DNA of 64,000 nucleotides from an uncultured bacterium (GTDB lineage Bacteria; Omnitrophota; Omnitrophia; Omnitrophales; Aquincolibacteriaceae): NCBI GenBank assembly GCA_964434115.1, contig CAYSSX010000004.1, positions 81,684 to 145,683 of the forward strand, read 5' to 3'. Shown piece by piece: positions 57,863 to 64,000 of this stretch (position 1 is its first letter; each line of letters starts with the position of its first letter). The notes under the pieces were generated by a model. It saw only the letters and a program-made list of their open reading frames with translations, ran no database searches and was not told where the DNA came from. The position numbers and the translations under genes were made by a program.

Positions 57863-58138
57863 TCAACCGCCCATGTCCACAGGGGCGCCATAAAAAGCAA
57901 CGACTGCGAGAAAGATCAGAAAAAGCACGACCACCACGGTACAGAGGATGAGAAAAAGACGCACGGGAATAAAAGCTTGGGTATGAGGAAGTTTTCGGAG
58001 TCCGGCGAAAAGCAGAACTAAAAAGGCCAGAACGGGAATCAGCAAAAAGGGCATATTCAGAAAAACCTTTTTTAAACTCTCGGGGAAACGGGTTTTAAGA
58101 TCTGCCTGAGGGCTTATCATAACGCATGCCTCGAACAA
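57863..58138 (-). CDS. Small two-TM membrane protein
   Basis: Hydrophobic ORF; start uncertain. Confidence 0.25.
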   Translation of the reverse strand: MFEACVMISPQADLKTRFPESLKKVFLNMPFLLIPVLAFLVLLFAGLRKLPHTQAFIPVRLFLILCTVVVVLFLIFLAVVAFYGAPVDMGG

Positions 58139-58210
58139 ACACTTCTTCTTTTTTTGTTCCTGCCGGGCACATTCCTTCCCGAATAAGATGAACCTGTTCT
58201 TGCTTCAAGG

Positions 58211-59089
58211 TTAGAGCGCTGTTTTCGCGGAGACTGCCGTGGAACTAAGAGAAGGGATAGGCATTTTTCCCTTAGCGCCTGACGAGGCTAACGCCCAGCC
58301 GCGGTAAACATCGCAGGCCAGAAGTTCATAGTCCGGATTGGTGCGGACATGTTCAAAACTGCGGATATGTTTGAGATGCGCGATATCATCCAGGAGAAGC
58401 CAGTAACGCTTTCCTTTCATGATTCTCTGCATGATCTGAAATTCCAGGAGTCCGATCCCGCCCGCTGAATCAAGGACAATCAAGGGCGCGTCGTCCTGAT
58501 GCTTTGTGAGAAGACGGCTGAGCAGGTCTTCCCCTTTGAAATGGGTGAGCCTCATCCAGTAATAAAACGGATTAAAAAAATTACGCAGGGCTTGTCTGGA
58601 AGAGAGTGTTCCTGATTTGCATTCATGCGTGTAAAACGCCACGGGGTCTTCTTTCCCGTCAATAAAAACGTCCGGATACAGTTCATGCTGGTTAAGCATA
58701 GTGTCCTTCCGGATGAAATCGACCGCGTCTTTAACTTTTACGCTCCGGCCCCACAGGCATTCCACAAACGGATACGGTTCGAGGTTCTTGCGGGCACTGC
58801 GGTAATTTTTAAGGTTGAGTTCGCAGGTATAAAAAAATTTCGGAGGCGTCAGGCCCCGGTACGCTTCGGCCAGAAGTCTTGTGGACCCCTGCCCGTCGAA
58901 GGTCCCTGTTTCAATAACACCGCCGATGGGTTCCTGGGCAACAAGCTGCCGGATCAGGCGGGCCAGGGCCTGATCATCCGACATGCGTTTGGAAAACTGT
59001 TCATGCGTTTTGTAATCTCTCATAAGTCTCCGCGGTTCCAAAAACAGCTTCAGCCCGCCGTTAGGTTGTCGAAAGAACTTCCACGTCAA
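58211..59089 (-). CDS. Putative SAM-dependent O-methyltransferase (TylF/MycF/CmcI-like)
   Basis: Motif GGVIETGTFDGQGS resembling macrocin-O-MTase-family SAM-binding region; weak assignment. Confidence 0.35.
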   Translation of the reverse strand: MTWKFFRQPNGGLKLFLEPRRLMRDYKTHEQFSKRMSDDQALARLIRQLVAQEPIGGVIETGTFDGQGSTRLLAEAYRGLTPPKFFYTCELNLKNYRSARKNLEPYPFVECLWGRSVKVKDAVDFIRKDTMLNQHELYPDVFIDGKEDPVAFYTHECKSGTLSSRQALRNFFNPFYYWMRLTHFKGEDLLSRLLTKHQDDAPLIVLDSAGGIGLLEFQIMQRIMKGKRYWLLLDDIAHLKHIRSFEHVRTNPDYELLACDVYRGWALASSGAKGKMPIPSLSSTAVSAKTAL

Positions 59090-59561
59090 AAGTAAGGTCC
59101 TGCCCTGCCAGCGGATGGTTTCCGTCCAGCGTCACTTCATCGCCTTCGATAGACTTTACGACAAAAACAATTCCGGACCCCATCCCCGCGCTCAGCTGAT
59201 CTCCGACCTTAACCTCATCCGATGGCAGCTGATCTTTCTTCACTTTGATAAAGCGGTCTTCCTGCACAGGGCCGTAGGCGCTGGCCGCGGGCACCTCCAC
59301 CCTTCTTTTCTCCCCCGCAGCCATCTTGACCAGTTCCGTCTCCAGCCCCGGAATAATCTGACCCGCGCCCTTCACAACCGTGAGCGGTTCCTTCCCCTGG
59401 GAAGAATCCAGCACCTCACCCGCCTTATTGGTCAGGGTGTAGTGAAAGGTCAAGATTCCGGGTTTCGGTTTGGTGCTGCAGGAAGAAAGAAAAGGCAGGC
59501 TGCCCAGCCCCAGTAAAAAGATTCCCAACGACAAAATTTTTAAACCATCACTTTTTTTCAT
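59061..59561 (-). CDS. FKBP-type peptidyl-prolyl cis-trans isomerase lipoprotein
   Basis: Start re-assigned to MKKSDGLKILSLGIFLLGLGSLPFLSSCS (lipobox); FKBP core (LTFHYTLTNKAGEVLDSS...VEVPAASAYG...LDGNHPLAG). Confidence 0.75.
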   Translation of the reverse strand: MKKSDGLKILSLGIFLLGLGSLPFLSSCSTKPKPGILTFHYTLTNKAGEVLDSSQGKEPLTVVKGAGQIIPGLETELVKMAAGEKRRVEVPAASAYGPVQEDRFIKVKKDQLPSDEVKVGDQLSAGMGSGIVFVVKSIEGDEVTLDGNHPLAGQDLTFDVEVLSTT

Positions 59562-59652
59562 TGTGCCCGATCCTGTTTTTCTGAACTCGCGTGTCACTCG
59601 TCTGCTCAGACAAAGCGTTTTAAACCATTCCACGGCGTTAATGAAGAAACTT

Positions 59653-60264
59653 TTAGAAAGCCTGCGTTGCACATGCTGATTTTCCGGAAAAGGTATACCC
59701 AAAGTAATCGATGTCAAACGCAAAAAGCCGTCCGACAATTCTCCGGGATTCCGGATCATAATATTCCGTGTACAGCCTCTTGTCAGAGCGGTTCCGGTGC
59801 TGGAGTACCGGATCTTTAACCGGAATCTTCTGCGCCAGTTTGCGGTAGTCCGCTTCAAGGTTTTCAAAACGCCCGGTAAAATCCATGCCGAGGGAACCCC
59901 GTGCGCTGAAAATTTTATTGTAATAACTTTCATCCGTAAAAAGCGCCGGGTTTTCACATTCAACCCGCTTGATAAATTCCGGAAAGGAACATTCAGTGGC
60001 CCGCTTAAAGGCATGAAGCCTCGGCGGATATTCGAGATTGACGGCCTTCTTCATTTGCAAGTAAAACGAAACCGCCCGGTCCCACGGGTTCCGGACAAAA
60101 CAAAACTTGAAGTATTGAGACAGATCGAACTTTTGGCTTTCAAGCCGGGAAAAGGTCAGCCCGCGGTCATGGCGGTAACTTTCACCAAAAACGGAATACC
60201 CAATGCTGGTTCCCGCAGTTTTCCCGTTATGAAAAAAAATGATTTTGGGTTCGCCTGAAATCAT
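59653..60264 (-). CDS. Sulfotransferase (Sulfotransfer_2-like), second copy in the locus
   Basis: N-terminal FFHNGKTAGTSI PAPS-binding motif, paralogous to 26727..27521. Confidence 0.6.
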   Translation of the reverse strand: MISGEPKIIFFHNGKTAGTSIGYSVFGESYRHDRGLTFSRLESQKFDLSQYFKFCFVRNPWDRAVSFYLQMKKAVNLEYPPRLHAFKRATECSFPEFIKRVECENPALFTDESYYNKIFSARGSLGMDFTGRFENLEADYRKLAQKIPVKDPVLQHRNRSDKRLYTEYYDPESRRIVGRLFAFDIDYFGYTFSGKSACATQAF

Positions 60265-60419
60265 TAGGTTTTAAGTTCCTGCGGCAAGTAAAAAGGGGCG
60301 GGCACAAGACGGGCTTGCCTTCATACCCAAACCCTTAAGTCTTAGAAACGGGGTGAAGTTTCGAGAGCGCAGCCGGCCCGGAAAAACGCACTAACTTTTC
60401 TTTGCCTGGGCCAGATTGT

Positions 60420-60550
60420 GAAGAAATGTTTTTGCTCCCTGTTCACCGGAGGCCGCGTCCTCGGGTGCTGTTTTTAAAAAACAAAGGTCCGTAGGCATTT
60501 TCCCGTCGTTCTCGACCACGACCTGATAAAGGGAGCCGGCAAACGCAGCC
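60420..60550 (-). repeat. Duplicated 3'-terminal fragment of gene 61243..61677 (non-coding remnant)
   Basis: 60496-60530 (ggcattttcccgtcgttctcgaccacgacctgata) is identical to 61346-61380; flanking sequence is similar but diverged. Confidence 0.55.
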
Positions 60551-60597
60551 CTTCAGCCCGGAAACATGCCGTTGGCCTTATCACCTTAAAAAATGAA

Positions 60598-61110
60598 TCA
60601 CGGCATTGAAGCCGGCCCCGAAGGCCGGATCTCCGTGTGCCGGATTTGTCCGCCAAGATAGGCGGTACGCGCGATGATGCAAATAACCGCAAAGGAACAA
60701 ACCATCGCGACGAGAACAACAATTGGATAAATATTCATCTTCCTGACACCGGCAAAGAAGGCCGCCGCGGAAACAACGCTTAAAGTAACCGCCGCGAGCA
60801 AAGCGGCTTCAGCGGCTTCTTCATGCTCATGAATAAAGCTCTCGGAAACGCCCGGAAGATCTTCAACCGCTTCTTCAGCACCTTCTCCGCTTAAATAAAC
60901 CGGGATTGTCAGCGGCCCTGAAATGAAAAAAATTACAAGCGCAGCTTTCGTCAAATCCTTTCTTTTTAAAAGCATTCCGGAGGCATCTTCGCGAACGTGA
61001 ATCAGCTTCTCAATGAAGACATTGGTCTCGCGGATCAGCAGGAAAAATCCAGCCGTAATTAAAATCAGCGGGACATGATTGGCTAAAAGATGAAAGTGAA
61101 CTGCGTCCAC
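60598..61110 (-). CDS. Four-TM membrane protein of unknown function (paralog of 20429..20902)
   Basis: VDAVHFHLLANHVPLILITAGFFLL aligns with the N-terminus of the first copy; probable GTG start at ~61110. The annotated ORF extends to 61188. Confidence 0.4.
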   Translation of the reverse strand: MDAVHFHLLANHVPLILITAGFFLLIRETNVFIEKLIHVREDASGMLLKRKDLTKAALVIFFISGPLTIPVYLSGEGAEEAVEDLPGVSESFIHEHEEAAEAALLAAVTLSVVSAAAFFAGVRKMNIYPIVVLVAMVCSFAVICIIARTAYLGGQIRHTEIRPSGPASMP

Positions 61111-61242
61111 AGGGACTCTTTTCTTTGTTGAAGCAACGGATTCACAAAAAAGCTTCGTTTCAATTTCACGAAGCGTCAAAATGCTCACCTGGTGTGAACA
61201 CTCTTAGTATCCGCTTCCACGCATTCCGTATCAGCCTTTTCG

Positions 61243-61677
61243 TTACTTCCGGATTGCCTGAGCGAGATTGTTTAAGAAAGCCTGGACACCCGCAGCTCCG
61301 GACGCCACATCATCCGGCGCTGTTTTAAGAAAGGCCAGGTCCGGAGGCATTTTCCCGTCGTTCTCGACCACGACCTGATACAGAGAACCGGCAAAAGACC
61401 CCGCCTGAGAAGGGTCGCTTTGAAGACGCTCGTGCACTTGCCCGCAGATCACGCGAACCGCGTCAAACGAGTCAGCGCCCTTGGCCAGGCTTCTAAGCTT
61501 TGAAAGATACTCCGCCGTGCTCAAGGGATTCGTGGAAATATCCATCAGCTCATCTTCCACAAAACCTTCCCCGATCTTTTCATCCCCCCAGGAAACAATG
61601 GCCGGGTTTTCAATGATCCCGCAGAGCCGGGAAATCCTTACGACTTCGGCTTCCTGCGCTAAGGACTGACTCATCAT
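61243..61677 (-). CDS. Hypothetical protein (source of the duplicated fragment)
   Basis: 144-aa ORF; its 3' end is copied at 60420-60550. Confidence 0.35.
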   Translation of the reverse strand: MMSQSLAQEAEVVRISRLCGIIENPAIVSWGDEKIGEGFVEDELMDISTNPLSTAEYLSKLRSLAKGADSFDAVRVICGQVHERLQSDPSQAGSFAGSLYQVVVENDGKMPPDLAFLKTAPDDVASGAAGVQAFLNNLAQAIRK

Positions 61678-61723
61678 TTTTCTCCTTCTGGATTCTGCTT
61701 CACTTCATTTAAAAACGGGTTTA

Positions 61724-62098
61724 TCAGGCGCCTTCCGGGGGCGTTCCGGAATCCGGTCCGCCGCTGGAACTAATCTGCTGTTCCGCCATGTCTCCGACTA
61801 CGGGCAATTTGAACATCTCCCCTTGGTAAGCCTTCACCATCAGGATCACCCATAGCACAAACCCGGCAATACTTAAGAGCGGCAGGATAAATTGAAGAAA
61901 GGGAAGGAACCCCACGGCAATCTGGAAAACAGCGAGGGCGCCGAAGGTCATAAGGGATTGCATTGCGTGAAAGCGCACGAAGCGGTTCTTTTTCTCAAGG
62001 ATGAAAAAAATAATCCCGGTCACAAAACCGCCGAGGTAACTCAAAAGCCCGGCAACATTCGCGTCAATACCGAGAGATGTCTTTCCAAGATCTTTCAT
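61724..62098 (-). CDS. Small 3-4 TM membrane protein (DUF4870-like)
   Basis: Hydrophobic helices with FHAMQS motif. Confidence 0.35.
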   Translation of the reverse strand: MKDLGKTSLGIDANVAGLLSYLGGFVTGIIFFILEKKNRFVRFHAMQSLMTFGALAVFQIAVGFLPFLQFILPLLSIAGFVLWVILMVKAYQGEMFKLPVVGDMAEQQISSSGGPDSGTPPEGA

Positions 62099-62173
62099 AG
62101 CTTCTCCTTTGCTGTTCTTTCGCCAAGTGAAACCATTTTAGATCAAGCCGGCGGGTTAGTAAATGACGCCTTT

Positions 62174-62890
62174 TTATAATCCCTCTGCGGATTTCTTCCG
62201 GCCGCGCAGAATTCCCAGGAAAAAGAGGAATATTCCGGCCGAGAACAAGAGTTCCACGGGCTCCTGATCGCGCCAGATCAGGTGAATCCCCCGCCTGCCC
62301 AAAACCCAGGCGGTTTCGTTGAAGTCATACGTGGTCAGAAGATAAAACAGAAAGAGCGGGAGGAAAAAAAAGAGCAGCGAGGGTTTGGGAAGGAGATTTT
62401 GAACCCAGGGGTGGGGTTTGAATTTGCGAGGAACCAGCAGATACCCGAAAGCGCCGAAAAAACCCGCGGCAGCATACACCTGCTCAAGATGACTTTGAAC
62501 CGGCATCAGGTTGTGAACGCTTGCCTCACGCTGAAAATTGTTTTCAAAAAGAAGCGGGGTTTCAAATCCGAAAATCCTCTGGCCCCAGCTGATCTCTTCA
62601 AAAGCCACAAAGAATAAAGCCAGGGTCAGAAAACCGTAAACAGCCGCGAGACCGCATTGCCCGCCGCGCTTAAAGGGAAGAATGCTGAGCGAACAGGCAA
62701 AGGCAGCGCTCAGATAAAAAAGAAATTGTAAATTTTCAAGGAGGGCATCTTCCTGAACCAGGGGTAAATACCAGTCCTCTTTGAGCACCTTCAAAGCCAG
62801 GAAGGCGGCACTGAGCAGGATGGGCAGCAGGAGCAGGCCCTTGGTTCCGGCAAAACAAAATTCTATAAAATCAAAAAACCTTCTCTTCAT
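62174..62890 (-). CDS. Polytopic membrane protein, unknown function
   Basis: 238 aa, ~7 TM helices. Confidence 0.35.
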   Translation of the reverse strand: MKRRFFDFIEFCFAGTKGLLLLPILLSAAFLALKVLKEDWYLPLVQEDALLENLQFLFYLSAAFACSLSILPFKRGGQCGLAAVYGFLTLALFFVAFEEISWGQRIFGFETPLLFENNFQREASVHNLMPVQSHLEQVYAAAGFFGAFGYLLVPRKFKPHPWVQNLLPKPSLLFFFLPLFLFYLLTTYDFNETAWVLGRRGIHLIWRDQEPVELLFSAGIFLFFLGILRGRKKSAEGL

Positions 62891-63188
62891 GCGGCCTCAG
62901 GGGGGTCGGCGCTGATAATTTAACTTCTCGGTTTCATCCTTAATTCTGTCCGTCTAAAACGGATTTCCGGAATGCTTTCCTTCGAAGTTACCGCACGAAA
63001 AGTGCCTTTTCAATGGCTAAGAAGCTCCGTTTTTTCTTCGCTCATCTCTTTTCGGCTAAATCCTTTAAAACAGGATCTGCCTCGACGCCTTGTAAAGCCC
63101 TAACACGCAAGCTATCATTCCTATCAGCAGGGGAAAGCTCCTGTTTTAAGCTTCTCCCTCAATCCTGCAGCAAAAAGAAAGGTCCTTT

Positions 63189-63338
63189 ATGAAAATTCAC
63201 CTAACAGCATTGCTAGCATTACTTTGCATCCTGCTTGCGCCTCTTTCGGCGTTTGCCAATGATGAGGTTATTGTCCCGCACAGCGGAAACACAACATCTT
63301 CGGATTCCACTGACCGGGAAGTCGTACAAGGGCAGTAA
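63189..63338 (+). CDS. Small secreted peptide (49 aa) with signal peptide, absent from the ORF track
   Basis: GAAAGG SD-like sequence 7 nt upstream; MKIHLTALLALLCILLAPLSAFA then a Ser/Thr/Asp-rich 26-aa tail. Confidence 0.3.
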   Translation: MKIHLTALLALLCILLAPLSAFANDEVIVPHSGNTTSSDSTDREVVQGQ

Positions 63339-63478
63339 TTTCGGGTCCTGTTCCCGAATCCGCTGAAACGGACGCTTTGATTTTAACCGTATCCAGGCGC
63401 CCGTTCCGGAAGTTCCGGGGAGAAATACCCCGCATTTTCGGAATGGGCGCGGCAGGTTCAGCGGCGTCTAAAGCCGGG

Positions 63479-64000
63479 TCAACAGTTCCCCGACATTACG
63501 CTGCTGCCGTCAGGAAGCATCGCATAACTGCAGTTACCGTCACTGCCGAGACTGGCACCGGCGGCGTTGACGTTATAGCCCGCGTCCCCGCCAGCTCCCC
63601 CACTGCCCCCGTTAGCCGAAAAAGCAAGATTGAATTGGGCCGGTCCGCCTTCATACCCGCCGATTCCCTGAGCGTTCAGCCAGTAGCGGCCGGGGTTAAT
63701 CATTCCAAAATTACGCTGAAGCTGCGCATACTCCATGGGATGAATTTCTCGGCCATTAATAAAAACGCCTGTGCCGCCGCCCGAGGCATCGGCACGAAGA
63801 GGCCCGCCAAGATTGAGACCCGCAAGAATCTGACCGCTGTAAGGGCCGCCTTTGTATCCCCACAATCCCGAGAAACTGTCATACCAATACTCTCCCGGTA
63901 AAACCGCGCTTCCCAAAACCTGCTGCAGCTGGCCCACCTGGTCAGGGCTTAAGGGTGCTTCGTTCACCAGCACGCCTGAGTTTGAATTTCCCATGGGCTC
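63479..64000 (-). CDS. Glycine-rich secreted/surface protein, probably 5'-truncated by the window edge
   Basis: Frame stays open to nt 64000; Gly/Tyr/Asn-rich repeats (GGPYSGQ, GGYEGGP). Confidence 0.3.
   Translation of the reverse strand, partial: EPMGNSNSGVLVNEAPLSPDQVGQLQQVLGSAVLPGEYWYDSFSGLWGYKGGPYSGQILAGLNLGGPLRADASGGGTGVFINGREIHPMEYAQLQRNFGMINPGRYWLNAQGIGGYEGGPAQFNLAFSANGGSGGAGGDAGYNVNAAGASLGSDGNCSYAMLPDGSSVMSGNC

Noticed and set aside
60474-60722. 82-aa ORF in the 60.4-60.7 kb gap
   Set aside because: It lies over the duplicated gene fragment but in a different frame from the parental gene; likely non-coding remnant sequence.
1-64000. Searched by eye for tRNA-like T-arm signatures, CRISPR-like spaced direct repeats, IS inverted repeats and transposase/integrase ORFs
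   Set aside because: None found. No intergenic region other than 43650..43941 exceeds ~300 nt, and none shows repeat-spacer periodicity or tRNA features.

Overview
This 64-kb window comes from a Gram-negative-type genome, judging by a lipid A late acyltransferase, a GT9 heptosyltransferase, an outer-membrane beta-barrel protein and an exosortase-like gene. It has three parts. (1) Positions 1-8552 hold a respiratory supercluster on the + strand: the 3' end of an alternative complex III operon (actC, 5'-truncated, then actD, actE, actF and a small membrane ORF), followed by SCO1/SenC and a caa3-type cytochrome c oxidase (coxB with a fused cytochrome c domain, coxA, coxC, subunit IV). (2) Positions 8.6-27.5 kb are mixed housekeeping, signalling and envelope genes: MFS transporter, HD-GYP, efp, two family-3 acyltransferases, a TPR-fused K+ channel, a hybrid histidine kinase, two tandem GT-C-like membrane paralogs, methyltransferase, ppc, LpxL-like acyltransferase, sulfotransferase. 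(3) The dominant feature is a single 15,987-nt ORF on the minus strand (27663..43649, 5328 aa). It encodes an N-terminal Sec-type signal or anchor peptide followed by a string of recognisable enzyme modules: at least six class-I SAM methyltransferase-like domains, a HAD-IIB phosphatase, a NagB-like sugar-phosphate isomerase/deaminase fold, an LmbE/PIG-L-like deacetylase motif, a uridine-kinase/PRK-like P-loop kinase and a DUF218-like domain. These modules are separated by eleven copies of a strict pentapeptide, R-S-E-L-R, encoded with freely varying synonymous codons. I regard this RSELR-punctuated giant multi-enzyme polyprotein as the candidate novel system. Next to it lies a glycan-modification island at 43.9-60.3 kb containing GT2, GT-C, GT9, family-3 acyltransferase, four methyltransferases, a second sulfotransferase, an exosortase-like membrane protein, a FecR-domain secreted protein and a TPR/beta-barrel outer-membrane protein. 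Paralogous 4-TM membrane protein genes in direct orientation (20429..20902 and 60598..61188) bracket the whole 40-kb region, and a duplicated gene fragment sits next to the second copy. I found no tRNA, rRNA, CRISPR array or recognisable transposase. All calls are from motif-level reading of the translated ORFs; no database search was possible.
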